Positions 1 to 14,735 are shown, numbered from the stretch's first letter. The stretch: DNA of 64,000 nucleotides from Camelus dromedarius (GCF_036321535.1 NC_087437.1:63924001-63988000); one strand, 5' to 3'. Numbers and translations are program-made. The notes: generated by a model from the sequence alone, not told the origin.

Positions 1-2010
1 CAGTCACTCCTCACTCCTGCTCACTGCAGCTCCTAGCAACCTCAAATCCACTGCCTGTCTCTATGAATGTGCCTGTTCTGGACATTTTGTATAAATGGAA
101 TCATACAATGTGTGGCCTTTGGAGACTGGCTTCTTTCACTTAGCAAATTTCAAGGTTCATTCATGTTGTATCATATAACAGCACTTCATTCCTTTGTGCA
201 GATATACCACATTTTGTTTATTCCTTCATCAGTTGATGGGCAGTTGGGTAGTTTCCACTTTCAGGCTATTACTAATTATGCTGCTATGAACATTGTGTAC
301 AAGGTTTTACATGGACTTATGTTTTCAGTTCTCTTGGGTATGTACATAGAAGTATAATAATTGTTGGTTCATATACTAACTCTGTGTTTAACATTTTGAA
401 GAACTGCCAAACCGTTTTTCAAAGCAGCTGCACTATGTTACATTCCACCCAACAGTGCACGGGGGTTCCCATTCCTCTACATCCTCACCAGCACTTGTTA
501 TTGTCTGACTTGCTGATTACAGCCATCCTGGGGAGTGTGAAGTGGTTCCTTGTGGTTTTGATTTGCATTTCCCTTGATGACTAATGATGTTAAATATCTT
601 TTCATGTGCTTATTGGTCATTTGTATAGTTTCTTTGGAGAAATGTCTATTTAAATTGTTTTCCCATCTTTTAATTGGGTTATTTGTCTTATTGTTGAGTT
701 GTAAGAGTTCGTTGTTTATTCTGGTTACAAGACCCTTATTAGGTATATAGTTTGCCACAATTTTCTCTTATTCTGTGGGTTGTCTTTTCACTTTCTTTTT
801 TATAATCATTTTTTAATTTTGGGGTGAAGTAATTAGGTTTATTTATTTTTTTAATGGAGGTACTGGAGATTGAACCCAGGACCTTGTGCATGCTAAGCAT
901 GCACTCTCCCACTGAGCTATAATCATTTTTAAGTTATGGTAAAATTAAAATTTTCCATTTTAACCACTTTAAAGTTTATAGTTCAGTGGATTAAGTACAT
1001 TCATATTGTTGTGCAACCACCACCACCATTCCTCTCCAGAACTTTTTTATCTTCCCAAACTGAAACTTTATACTTATTAAACAATAACTTCCCATTCTGC
1101 CCTAACTCCTGGCAAACAACATTCTGCTTTCTGTCCCTGTGAATTTGACTACTCTGGGTATCTCATATAAGTAGATCATATAGTATTTGTTCTTTTGTGA
1201 CTGGCTTCTTGTACTTAGCGTAATGTCTTCAAGGTGTCATCCACACTGTAGCATGTGTCAGAATTTCATTCCTTTTCAAGGATGAATAATATTCCATTGT
1301 ATATGTATACCACATTTTTGCTTATCCATTCATCCATTGATGAACAGTTGAGTTTCTTTAAATTTTTGGCTATTGTGAATAATGCTGCTGTAAACGTGAG
1401 TGTACAAATATCTGTATAAGCCCTTGCTTTCTGTTCTTTTGGGTATATACCCAGGAGTGGGATTGCTGGATCATATGGCAATTCTATGTTTAATTTTTTA
1501 AGGAATTGTCATCCTGTTTTCTAAGTAACTGCATCATTTTATGTAACCACCAGCAATGCACAAAGTTGGTGAGGATGTGAAGGAACTGGGACCTTCACAT
1601 CCTCACCAACACCTTTTTTAAAACTTTCTTGATGGTGTTATTTGAAATACAAAATTTCGAAGTTTTGATGAAGTCTAGTTTATCTATTTTTTCTTTTTCA
1701 CTTGTGCTTTTGGTGTCATATCTAAGAAACCATTGCCTAAATGAAAGTCACCAAGACTTACTCGTATATTTTCTTCTAAGAGTTTTATAGTTTTAGCTCC
1801 TACATTTAGGTCTCTGATTCATTTCAAGTTAGTTTTTGCATATGGTGTGAGGTAGGAGTCCGACTTCATTCTTTTGCTTGTGGATAGCCAGGTGTTTTAG
1901 CACCATTTGTTGAAAAGACTGTTCTTTCCTCATCCAGTTGTCTTGGCTACCTTGTGCAAATCAATCAATCATAAATATGAGTTTATGTCTGGACTCTCAC
2001 TCTCCTCCAT
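1..2010 (-). mobile_element. Old L1 (L1M-type) 3' region, antisense, interrupted by a second L1 3' fragment (~800-1620) and a SINE
   Basis: Minus-strand ORF2 C-terminal remnants ([32 protein letters not shown]). The outer element breaks at actttctt (~790) and resumes at actttcttgatgg (~1623). Confidence 0.85.
814..920 (-). mobile_element. tRNA-derived SINE (camelid vic-1-like)
   Basis: Minus strand shows A box (tagctcagtgg) and B box (ggttcaatc). Flanked by direct repeat tataatcattttt (801-813 / 918-930). Confidence 0.85.
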
Positions 2011-2440
2011 TAATCTCTGTGTCTATTAAGCAATATTTTAATCCAAGCTTATCCTCTCCAAAACACACATATTTTTCCTCCTACCATGTTAGTAGATTCA
2101 GTCAGAGTGTCTCCTTCATTATTCCCGAAGGAAATGTTTTCTTCAGAATAATGCCGCAGACTTGATGACTCATGAGCACGGCTGGGAGGCACCCCAGCCA
2201 AGGACATGGAGTCCAGGGTCTTCACCACTCAGCCTGGAGCCTGAATGGCTCACAGGCCTCTGCCACTGCTGCAGCCCTTCCTGTGAGGCTTTCCTTCCCT
2301 GTGGTCCCTTCTTTCCCTCTGCCAAATAGGGAATGGCTTGTTGGAAGGGTGGAGGAGGACTTGGGAAATGATATACTGCTTTCCTACATGCACGCCCAGC
2401 CCAAAGCCCAAGGCTGCGGGGTAAGCAGGGCAGTTACTTG

Positions 2441-2925
2441 GTGTCAAGAACTGCAGAGGGGCTGAGATGTGCTTCTGCCCTACTCACAAGCTGTAAGTTA
2501 GCTCTTTGCTTTTTCATGGATGCTGGCAGAAGTCATAAGACTCCTGGGTCAGAGACAAGAGACTTTATTACACAGCAAGCAGCACAGGCATCAGCACATT
2601 TGTGCTGGTTCCCAAAAGCCCCCTGGGGGCAACCTGATGGACCCTCATGGACACCCTGCAGGGGGTGAGTTTGGGTCACAGCTGAGGAACACTGGACCAA
2701 GGGCCTGCACTTGCTAGCCTTAAACATTGTCACACACAAGCCGATCCTCTCCACGCTGGGAAGGAGCAGTCACACAACGGTCACCCTGTGTTTCCTTGCC
2801 TGCGTGGCTGCCTGTGTGACCAGCTACAGCAACTCTCCATACCAGAGGGTGGATAATCCTTGCAGTCTGGCACACTCAGCCAGAATGTGCAGGTGTGCTC
2901 AGGTTCACACAGGAAAAGCCACGCC
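2441..2925 (-). mobile_element. Ancient ERVL-type solo LTR (LTR40-like)
   Basis: Resembles the recalled LTR40 consensus (ccctact..caagct..aagttagc...ttcatggatgctggcagaag...gactcctgggtcagagaca..gactttatta). tttatt is a minus-strand poly(A) signal. Confidence 0.55.
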
Positions 2926-3585
2926 TAGAACCCAGGTCTCCAGGCTCTTGGCCCATTGCTTTTCCCCCCACCTTCCTCTGCCCTTGGGGGTTTCCACAGG
3001 ACACAGGGCATTTTTGCAACAGATCAGCCTTACCAGGAGGCATTAGGGTTGGTAGGATGGGGGAAGCACTAATCCACCACTTGGCTTCTCTGGGTCTGCC
3101 AACTTCTTTTTTAGTCTAGGTTGCTTGGGAGATGAAGAGGACATGGTGGCGAAGGCCAGCGGTGTCAGATTAGGTAGACACATCATTTAAGTACCAAAAC
3201 TGCAGTGGGTCTGTGAATGGACATCCAGTGTGTCTAGTTGAAGGAAGTGTGAGAAGATTAGGTGAGGGAAATAGCGGATCCATGAGGGTCCTGCTGGAAG
3301 AAGAGCTCACTTCATTCACATGTCCTGGGCCCTGCCTCCATCACACACACTGCTTTGCCCCCTTCTCACACGTCCATCCCCCTTGTCCAGACACCAGGTG
3401 CTGTCTGAGTCCTCAGACCCACAGCTCCCCACTTCTTCCAAGAAGCCTTTTGACCCTCCCTGGGAAAGTTCTGGGCCCCTCCATGATGCCTGCACTGCCA
3501 ACTCCTGCCCTTCCCTAACTGTAACTCCAGTCACCATGAAATTCACACAGCGGGTACATGCACTTTTCTTCTGATTCCCTGTTAG

Positions 3586-4143
<558 letters not shown>

Positions 4144-4413
4144 TAAAGCCTCTTGTGTGGGCTTTAGTCCTCACTCTCAAGGCTGGAGGAGCCAGAAAGA
4201 CTCAAGAAAGTCCATCCCCGAGAGAGGTTTACGAGCCCTGCCCTAGACAGCTGGGCAAACCTTGCCTGTTCCTTGGCTTCTTCCAGGATCCTCTCCTGTT
4301 TTGGTCAGTGTCAGGCTGGCCCTGAGACAAGGGGATGGGCACTCGCTGCGCTGCCCTGTGGAGATGGGCTGCCCTGGCCTGGCCCCACGTGCTGACCTTG
4401 TCCTCTCTCCTAG

Positions 4414-4578
4414 TTCACCTGCAATTCCAAGGACCTGTTTGGCTGCCTGGCAGATGAGCACAATGTCAGCACCAGCCAAGTCAACGCGTGCCACGTGGTG
4501 GAGTCGGCCGTCAACTACAGCCTGGGGGACGAGCAGGGCTTCTGCGGCAGCTTCTGGCCCAACTGCAACTTCCCCGAG
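4414..4578 (+). CDS. ADCY5: ADCY5 coding exon (approx. exon 14); extracellular loop
   Basis: tag acceptor and gt donor. 165 nt encode [55 protein letters not shown], in frame with the neighbouring exons. Confidence 0.96.
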
Positions 4579-4769
4579 GTACTGGGCAGGGAGAGGCTGG
4601 CTGCAGATCGGGACTTCCCACCCCACCCCTCTCTGCCCTTGACTGCTCTGATGGACAGCCAGGCGCCCTCAAGCTCACTGCCATTCCAGACACCTCCTTT
4701 CCCCCAGTCTCTCTCACTCTACGTGCTGGACACTAGGGAACAAGGCCAGCTTCAGTATAATAGTAAGAG

Positions 4770-5020
4770 TAATAATAATATAGCTATTTTTTATAAAGTA
4801 CTTACCATGTGCCAGACACTGTGCCAAGTGCTTCATATACATTTACTCATTTAATCCTTCCTACAACCCTATGATATAGATAATATTATTATCTCCTTTA
4901 AACAGATGAAAGGGAGGCACAGAGAGGTTAAGTACCTTGCCTAAGGTCACACAGCTAGTAAGTGGCAGAGCCAGAGCTCCCACCCAGGTCATCTGGCTCC
5001 AGAGTTCTTGCTCTTAACCT
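4770..5020 (-). mobile_element. MIR SINE
   Basis: MIR core: acagatgaa..gaggcacagagaggttaagtaccttgcctaaggtcacacagctagtaagtggcagagcca. Confidence 0.85.
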
Positions 5021-6649
5021 GAAGGCAGAGCTGTTTCTAGACCCTCAGCGTCAGCAGCATACCTGACGCTGCTTCAGGAGGACCTACCCAACCCCTCTGC
5101 TGGAGGTCGGAGAGCAGAGGGGAGCAAAGGGAGTCCAGTCCCAAACCAGTACCACCATCAAGCTCACCTGTTTCAAGTGTAATTCAGTAGCCTTTAGTAT
5201 ATTCACAAACTTGTGCAGCCATCATCATAAACTAATCTTAGAATATTTCCATCGCCCCAGAAAGAAATCGCTTACCTGCACATAATTAGGTTTAAAAAAT
5301 AGCACCGAGAACCAGTAGAGAGCAGCTTGCGTTCACAGGTGGTACACGGGTGCTGCGTTCACCTGGCCACCCCCCTGCACCCCCCCCCCCCCGAGCAGTT
5401 TCCTAGCGAGCAACAGGGCCAGGCCTCCAGCCCCAGCTCCATGCACTGGGTGATTCCCACTCCCCGGCTCCCTCCTGGGGCTCCCGTGAAACCTGTCAGA
5501 GGTCGGCAGTTTTTGCCCGATTCTGGGGAGAGGGCCTGTGCTTTCATCTAATTCCTACAGGGCCCGTGACTCACAGCAAGGGTCTGGAACTGCAGTGAGG
5601 GCGCCACAGGCTGTCACAGTGCTGGCCTCCCTCGCCCGGCCCAGGGAAGGGGGCTGTTCTGACTCCCCTCTACAGGCGGGGTGAGGGAAGCTCAGGGAGG
5701 GGTAGGGCTCCCTGTCACTGGTGCTCGCCTAGACCATCGCTTCTCCACTTGGCCTTGGGCTCCAGCAGCTCCGTGTTCCAGCAGCAGCCCGGGGCAGGCG
5801 GGGTAGGCACCTGCCCTACACTCCCGCAACCCAGTTCCCTCACATCTGGCCGAGATCCCATGGGAGCTGCTGCCTGAGAAGCAGAGGCTGGTTTTGGTTT
5901 CGCATTTGCCCCCTTGGTGGTTGCTCCAGGAGAGAGTAGGGGAACAGAGCAGGGGCAGCAGGCCTGGTCTGGTCCCTCCACTTCAGCCCTCACCAGGTCG
6001 ACCAGTTTCGGGCCCCGCGGATCCCAAGTTCTACCAGCTACAGACCTCTAGGGCTGACCTCCCCCCTCCACCTCAGGTGTCATTCTGATTCAAGAACTCC
6101 TCACAGACCGCGAGGTGGAACTTAGCATTAAGTCCTGGCCTCCTGGATGTCTGGGGCCAGGGTCTGACTGGGAATCTAGGCTGACTCTTGGGTTCCCCTC
6201 CTCATCCCCCGAGGACGGGATTATTATCCCTGGGGCTGATTTATCTGGGTCTGCCCTCCCTACTCCTTCCTCTGCCCCGTTCCTATTGATGAGTTGAAGC
6301 TGGTCCCTCCCCCTTCTAATCACCAGGGGCTCCTGCAGTTCTCTGGGTTCCTGAAGACCTAGGGAGGCAGAAGGTCTAACCTAGGGGCTACCCCCACCAC
6401 CAGCCAACAGTATTTTGCCTCCAGCCCCAGGCAGCGAATAGTGAGTTGCAATGTCTGATGCAGAAATAATGAGGCTAAACTGAAAAGAAAGAACAAAATA
6501 ATAGATGCTGACGTGTCTAGGATTACCATCAGGGGACAACAGAGCAGACCCGGACTTCTTGAGATCACCTGGTTCAGCCCCTTGGCTTTCTGAGAAAGAA
6601 GCTAAGGCTCAGGGACCAGAAGGGACCTCCCCAAAAGACAGGGAGGACC

Positions 6650-6960
6650 ACAGTCCCTCATCGCAAATCTCCTGAGTCAGACAATGTTTTGGACTTCGGG
6701 ATTTTTCAGATTTTAAAAGGATACCTCACACCCCAGTGCAGTCTGAGCAGCACTTGATAATGAAACACGGAAATATTTCTGCAGTAGAATGTATGACTTC
6801 CTGTCGTCACAGGAAGCAGGATAAAGGTGATAATTCACATCACATCAGTAGGTCAGTTTGGCCACCGAATGAGGTCAGTTGAGGTGTGGCCACCACATCA
6901 GTTAGGAAAACACTCATTTTTCCGGACTTTGGATTTAAAGTTGCAGAGCAGGGGCTGGGG
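6650..6960. mobile_element. Probable Tigger-derived MITE (MER46-like)
   Basis: Recalled MER46-type motifs tgttttggacttcgggatttttcagatttt and ttttccggactttggattt near the two ends. Confidence 0.45.
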
Positions 6961-6984
6961 CATGCGCTCCCACAGGTACTGAGG

Positions 6985-7170
6985 GCTCCAGGCACTGTGC
7001 CAGGGACTTCATGTCCTGTAATCGGCACAGTGAGCCCATGAGATGGGTTTTGCATACAGGGAAACTGAGGTTTAGAGAGGTTGAATAAATTACCTAAGTC
7101 ACACAAACAATCCGTAATGAATCAGGGCAGAAACACAAGCCTGCCTGAGCCTGGAGCCCTGCTCTAACCA
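6985..7170 (-). mobile_element. MIR SINE
   Basis: ggaaactgaggtttagagaggttgaataaattacctaagtcacac core. Confidence 0.75.
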
Positions 7171-7356
7171 TTGGGCCCTACTGCTGGTTCTGGCCCAACT
7201 CAGCCCCACCTTCTGGTTCCTGACCAGGGCCCCTCACATCACAGCACAGGTTTGCATCAGCAGAAACATCCCCAGACCAGGCTTCAACTGAGGCCCGCAT
7301 AGACTGCAGGGATGCTAGGGGCGGTCCCGGGGGCAGGAAGGCTGCCTGGGAGCTGA

Positions 7357-7554
<198 letters not shown>

Positions 7555-8924
7555 TAGGTGACACCCACCTCACGCCCTCCACGGGCTCTGGGGCATTGCA
7601 GAGAGGCAGGAAGAGCAGGAGCTGGGCTGCAGGGGGCTTTCCAGGGTAGTGTCCTTTTGCTCCCAGCGCTGACCACCTGGGCAAAGCAGCGCAGTGTCTT
7701 GTTTCTTCCCCTCCCTCCCTCCGCCAGTGGTGGAGGTGGCCTCAGGGCTACTATGTCCCCCTGTCCTTCTGTCTCCAGTTTCCTACTCAGTCCTGACCAC
7801 CGGCCTCTGAATTGTTCCTCATTTGTCCAGGGCTGCCTCTGATGAGCTATTTTCGCTTAACTGCCATGTACCTCAGGCCCAGAGGGGTCAAGGTCCAACA
7901 GAGCTGGAAAGCAAGGTCTGTGGAAGCAGAGGAGCAGCCTTTGTTGTTCACAGGCTCTTGTTCTGTTTCGTGCCTTTTGTCCTCATGGCAACTCAGCAAA
8001 GTAGGCAGGGTCCCCATGGATGGTTGGGTAGTTTGTGCACTGCTCACAGGCTCCTGGCTGTGATGGTGAGTGGTTAGGTCCCACCGGCAGGAGGTGGCAG
8101 GCATAGGGGGTGTGCCCCAGGCTATCCAGCTAGTAGTCAGCCTGGTCATATAGTGACAGATGTCAGATTTCCAAGGGAAGTGGCTCCATGAGGGGAAAGA
8201 GCTCTGGTTTTGGGCCAAATGGAGTTTGAGTCAGCCTCAGACACACATTTGGCTATTTTTCTGAACTTCATTATTTTTTCCCAGTAAAATGGGAATAATA
8301 CCCAACGTAGTACACTGTAGGTAAAGTGAATGATACATAGTACACTTTTCTTCCCATTACTGTCCCCACACACATCAGAAAGTGCAAAACATGTGACCCA
8401 CAGGCCTGTGTTCCCTGAGAAAATGCAGCAAGCTGTGCTCACTCTGAGTTAGAGGAAGGGACCTCTGCCTCTGTCTCTTTCCAAAATTCTGTTTGAGCGC
8501 CTACCCGTTCCAGGCACTGAGCTCGGCAGTGGAGAGACAGTCATGGATAAAACAGACAATAACTCCAGTGTCAGAATTGTTACCTTCCGGTGCAGATAGT
8601 GTCCCCTGAGAAAGTGAAGGTGTAATGAAGGATCTAAGTCAGATCCAAGGAAGAACTTCTGGGCGGCCGTGCGGGGCTGTGGGCAGATGACAGGGAGAAA
8701 CTAGCAGCGGGAGCAATGCAGCTGCGTTCCTGCCGGGACAGGAGAGGGAAGAGGCCTGCCCTTCTACGGGCGGACCAGGGCAGGAGCGGGGAACTTTGCC
8801 TCCTCCTTCTCACCCGCCCCTCCCCTCCCCACAGCCCGTCCTTCCTCCTGCTGAGGTAGCAGCAGAGAATGGAGGTCCTTTCTGTTTTGGGAGACCCTGG
8901 TGTGGTTGTTGGGCAGCTCCGTCC

Positions 8925-9213
8925 ACTAGATAGATCATGCAAACCACGGATATAATTTAAAATTTTCTAGTAGCTGTATTAAAAAGGCAAAACAAACAAT
9001 TTTGATAATATTTTTATTTAACCAGTATATTAAAAATAGTATTTTAATATGTAGTCAGTTTAAAATTATTAACGAAACAGCTAACATTATTCCACACTAA
9101 TTCTTCACAGCCTAGTATCTATCTTACACTTACAGGACAGTTTAACTTGCACTAGCCACATTTTAAGCTCAGTAGCCGCATGTGGCCAGTGACTACCATA
9201 CTGGACAGTGCAG
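8925..9213. mobile_element. hAT-Charlie MITE (MER3/MER33-like)
   Basis: AT-rich island with ataatttaaaattttctagtagc and the terminal ctagccacattt..gctcagtagccgcatgtggccagtgactaccatactggacagtgcag. Confidence 0.7.
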
Positions 9214-9636
9214 GTGGAGTATTTCTATTCCTCTGGGTGGCAGTGACGGGCTGGAGAGGGGGCAGGCTTCTGCCCAGGTGGATGTGCTGGGGGCCTCAGG
9301 GTCCCAAGTGAGGGCTGGGTGATTGGTGGTCATGGTGACCAGATGCTAGTTGGGGCCAGGCTTTCTGCAAGCCTCCCAGCCTAAATGTGACCTTGGATGG
9401 GGAAGAGGAGGCTGCTGGGGATGGAGCGAAGGAGCAACAGCAGAGAGGCTGAAGTATTGGGCACAGGGAAGCAGAGCAGCATAGGGGGGAAGCAGGGTTG
9501 GGGAGAAGCAGGGTGGGGGGCTACAGCAGGGGGCAGCAGAGCAGGAGGGGGCATGGCCGATGGGAGACAGAGCAGGGATGGAGGCTGCCAGTGCAGAGAG
9601 CAGTCCTGAATGGCCCTCCCCAACTCCTGTTCACAG

Positions 9637-9666
9637 AGACTTCAGCAACAACGGGACCTCCCAGTG
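9637..9666 (+). CDS. ADCY5: ADCY5 30-nt microexon (approx. exon 16)
   Basis: ctgttcacag acceptor and gtgagt donor. Encodes (I)DFSNNGTSQ(C), and the split codons at+a and tg+c join correctly to the flanking exons. Confidence 0.92.
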
Positions 9667-10199
9667 GTGAGTTGAAGCTCTTTCTCTGAGTTCCCTGATA
9701 CAGCCCCTGCCTGCCCTTGGCACCGAGCTGCCAGAGGCCAGCGCCCAGGGCCCAGCAGAGAAGGCAGCAGCGCCCAGGTGGGAAGGTGGGCGGTGAAGGA
9801 GGAGCCCTCCCCTCCCCAAGTACCAAGGAGGCCTCACTGGGTAGATGCCCTTCCTTTATCACCCCAAGATGATCTACAGACTGGTGGCCAGGGTCATCAG
9901 GTCCCACAGGTCATCCCACAGGCCTCACCTTAGAGCACTTAGCCTCAGCTCTTCCCCAGGAGCACATGTGGGACCCCAGGCACAGGAGAACAGGTGCCCC
10001 CTCTGCCCCTGGAGGCGAGGAGCCGACACGAGGCCTGCAGAGTTTGTGGGTTAGGCCCTGCCTCAGGGCTGATGCTGGACAGGGAGTCTACGCAGCCCTC
10101 AAGGTTTGGGCTCTTTGCTGGGACAGGAGCAGAGTTTCGGATAGCTGCTTTTATTAGGAGTATTAATAATGTTAACAGAAATATAAGTAGACAAGAATA

Positions 10200-10370
10200 G
10201 TGACCAGTTTCGGAGTTCCTGTTGTTTGTTGGATACTGTACAGGGAGTTTTGCATGCAGTATCTTTAATTCTTTTCACAATCCTGAAATGTGGGTATTGT
10301 TACCCATTTTACAGATTAGGAAACTAAGGTTCAGAGAGGTTAAAAGACTTGCACAAGTTTGCAGAGAGAT
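10200..10370 (-). mobile_element. MIR SINE
   Basis: cccattttacagattaggaaactaaggttcagagaggttaa core. Confidence 0.8.
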
Positions 10371-10703
10371 GGTCAGTATGGCCTGCCTGGCTTCCATGTG
10401 CTGATCTCTGTCTTGTCAACTGAGAAAGACCTGGGATGTACTCACTGCCTTTTACGGAGTCTTCATTCATCCCCTGAAGTGACCAGAGGGAAGCTCCCCA
10501 GTGATGGGGGAGAGTAAGCCCTCAGGAAAGGAGTCATGGCCACTGAGCCGTAGGGTGAGCAGGGGCTGAGACGGGGCTGCCCACCAAGAAGGCTTCCTGG
10601 AAGAGGCACACCTCAGGCAAAGTTAGAGCAGGAGGGTGAGGAGAAGGGGGAACTGAAGGGAGAGGAAGGAAAAAGGCCTTCAGGGGCCCCGAGCCTGGCA
10701 TGA

Positions 10704-10874
<171 letters not shown>

Positions 10875-12829
10875 TAGGGGCTGGGGACTGGAGCAGGGCG
10901 GGGGGCACCCAGGCCTCACGACACTTTGTGAGCGAGCGAGTTCACGGGCTGGGCTGAGCCTGTGTTCTGCACTAACAAGGTGTCCTGCTCAGGCCTCATC
11001 CCAACTGACCATTGCCCCATGTCCCAGTGAGTCGGCTCCCTGCTCTCTGGGGCCAAGAGGCAAAACCCTGGAGGTCCAGACAAACCCACCCCAAACAGTG
11101 CTGGGACTCTGATGGGCCAAGGAGATATGCTCTGAAGTTACAAAGACTATGTCATCCAGGACAGAGGGGCGTGGACAAGCACAGCTTGTGACGGGGCAGC
11201 AGGGAGGCAAGAAGGCGTGGGGGAGAGGAGCGGAGTAGGAGGAGATGAGCAGGGCGCACGGTCCTGGGGTCGTGGGTGCCTTAGCGCAGGAGCCCGGCCA
11301 CGTGCAGGAGCTGGCACTACAGGCTTCTGAGCAAGGCTTAATGTGACCACACGGGGCTTGAAGACCCCTCCAGGGGAGGATGGATGGAAGGAGCATCAAA
11401 GACCATAGACAGGAAGTCCAGCCAGGTGGCTGGGCCCTGGCCCTGGTGAGAGATGGCCTAAGCAGGGGCAGAGGTGGTGCTGGGTGCCCAGATGAGGCTG
11501 ATACCAGCCAGCACTCTGCTCTCCAGACCTCGTGCCCTGAGCCCTGATTGTATCCACCCGGAGGAGGGGAGGCTGCTAGACCACACACAGGGTGCTCCCA
11601 GTGCTAGCCACAGCCCCAGTGGCCTCTTACTCCCTGCTGGACCACCTCAGAAAGTGCAGGAGAGAGCCAGCTCTTAGATGTGAGTAGGGGTGGGGCTCAT
11701 ACTTGTTAGTCCAGCCAAGCCCCTTGCAGGGCGTAGCTTAGCCCAGCCTCTTTGCCTCCTCTGGCCTGGCCCCTGTGTGCAGACCACTTCTCTGGCTCAT
11801 CTGTGACTCACTTAGGTCCCCTCCATCCTCAGCTTCTTAATAAGATTGAGATTAAAGTCTCGGGCTGGGCCAGGAGGCCCTGGTTTTCCACTGGATGCTG
11901 AGTGAAGATGGGGGCATCTGGTTTTCCCTGCTGTTGGGTGTTCTGCATGAGGTCTGGCTGAGGTGCCCACTGAGGTCTTCACACCTCTCTCCTTGGGGAG
12001 GCTCCCAGGAGGCCCCAGCTCTCTCTGGGGGGCTGGCCAGGTTCTGTGGGGCTTGGGGCTGATGTCCCTCCACTCCTCTGCTCACACCTCACATCCCCTC
12101 TGAGCCCCCGGGAAGCCCCTTCCAAGATGCTAGCCGTTGTTCATCTCAGTTGTGTTGCAAAGACCCCGAGAAACGGGTGGCAACAAGAGAGAGTGAGCCT
12201 GCCACTCCGCATCTTTGTGACCGGCTGCCCCTTCACTCCCATCCAGGGACCTTATCCAGTTCCCGGGTGCACTGGATCAAACTGAGGCTGCCTGCCAGGC
12301 TGAGCAGAGCAGCCTGAAGCTTCACCATAGCCGCCAACCCTGGCTCCCCAGTGCCCAGGCAACAGCAGCTTTCTCGCAGCCCCAGAAGACCTGGATGAGT
12401 CACGAGGCAGGGTCTCTCGGGGAGCTGGGGTCTCCCAGGGAACTGAAGCATCCCAGCTCTCAGCCAGGGTGAAGCTCCTAGGCCCGAAACAGCCAAGGCC
12501 GTGGGCTCTCTGCTGCAGGAAGGGGTGTGTTAGGGACGAGGACAAGACCCCCTGCAGTCCCCTTGGTCTCAGGCCCCTGGTACCTAAAGCACTCTGGTTG
12601 CCTCCCGCATCCCCAGGCTGCAGCCCAGCCCCAAGCTGTGCTGAGGGTTTGGAGATCCAGTTCTCCGTCACTCCCTGCCTGTCTTCAGCCAGGGGAGGCA
12701 CTTGTATTATTAGTGTTTCCATATGTGGCTGTGGAAATAGGCTATTTCCACTTCTTTATCTTTCCTCCCTGACTTCCTACCCCACATCCATGCATCCCCC
12801 CATTTTCATCTTCTTTTATGGGAGGAAGT

Positions 12830-13210
12830 TTTAAAAAAATAATTTAAAACTTACAGAAAATTTAAAAGAACAGTGTAAAGAACTCCAGCAGTCTCTTCAC
12901 CAGATTCCCCAACCATGGTTCTGCATTTGCTCCACACCTGTTCTCTCTCTATTCTGACATGATGCCCCAGTCCCCTCCCAATTCTCCAATTTCTCCCAAA
13001 AGCAAGGACAGCCTCTACAGTATCCCCATGTGACCTCCCAGGCAGGAAATCAACAGTACCCGCCCACAATACCACCCCACCCACAGAACCTGTTCACGTT
13101 TGTCAACTGTCCCAGTTCTGGCCCAGGATGCTCTCCAGGATACTCTCTGCATTTGGTTGTTATGTCTCCTGTCTTTCTTTGTCTCTCCGTCTTTGTCAGT
13201 CTTAAAGAGG
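12830..13210 (-). mobile_element. Old L1 (L1MC-like) 3' UTR fragment
   Basis: aatttaaaacttacagaaaa...cttcaccagattcccc...ttgcatt-type motifs, shared with the fragment at ~57010. Confidence 0.55.
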
Positions 13211-13552
13211 TCCTTGTTCTGTGACCCTCAGTCTAGGGCCCTTGTCCAGACTCAGGCCACACTTTCCTGGGGTCAGTCTGCTAAAGTGATCCATAGCAAA
13301 CTGCTTTTCTGGTTGCATTTCCTGATATGAAGAGGAAAATGGAAAGTGAGGAGCACGTGGGTGGCTGGAGGGCCATTTGGGTGTGGCTTTAGACCATCCT
13401 TCTACCCTCCTGCCCCTTCAGGTCCAGGGCAGGCAGGCTCCTTCTGGCCTCTCCTCTGGGACCTGTTTCCACTCAGGGTTCCCTCTTTCAGTATCAACGG
13501 TCTTACAGACGTCACTTTCCAAGAGGCGAGCTGGGAGTGGGGGCAGAGTTAG

Positions 13553-14077
<525 letters not shown>

Positions 14078-14134
14078 TGAGCAGAGATGTCAGAAGCCCT
14101 GACTGCGTCCCAGACACTGCAGACATTTCCTCCC

Positions 14135-14250
14135 CATCACCATGTTACAATGGGGAAACTGAGGCCCACAGATGTTAAGTGTTTGGCCTGCAGTCACTAC
14201 TTGTAAGTGGCAGAGCTGGGGTTTCAGCCCCAGCTGTTTGAACTTGAAGT
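14135..14250 (-). mobile_element. MIR SINE fragment
   Basis: tggggaaactgaggcccacaga..ttaagt...gtaagtggcagagctggggttt. Confidence 0.75.
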
Positions 14251-14735
14251 CTCGGTACCTTGGCTGCCCCATCAAGGCCCCGCCCCGCTGACTTGCCAAC
14301 CACCCCACCCCATCATCCATCATTCCTTTCCTGCCAGGCAGGGACTCAGCTTTTGAGAGGGACCAAGGAAAGAAGAATTCCCAGGCTAAGGGAGGAGACA
14401 GGACAAAGATGCAAAGCCCTGAACAACAGAGGCAGAAACAAAGACATCTTCTTCATTTGTTTATCACTCCCTTGTTGGGCATCTAGTGTGTGCCAGGCCC
14501 TGGGGATACTGTGCCCAATGGGACAGTCTCAGCCCCGGGAGCTCACCGCGTTGTGGGTGTGAGAGGTCAGCCCCAGCGGGAAGATGGACTAGAGCACGGA
14601 GCGCAGGGAGGAGAGGGCTGGTGGAGCTGGGTGGGGGCTCTGGTGTGTGGGTGGGCTTGTAGCCCACAGCCACTAGACAGCAGGTAGGTGCTGGAGGAGG
14701 CCTGCCTGCCGGGTAGCACCGGGGCTTTGCACTGA

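Noticed and set aside
10989..11588. 199-aa minus-strand ORF and similar GC-rich intronic ORFs (12252-12722, 17092-17583)
   Set aside because: No recognisable domains, promoter or splice support. Such lengths are expected by chance in GC-rich introns.
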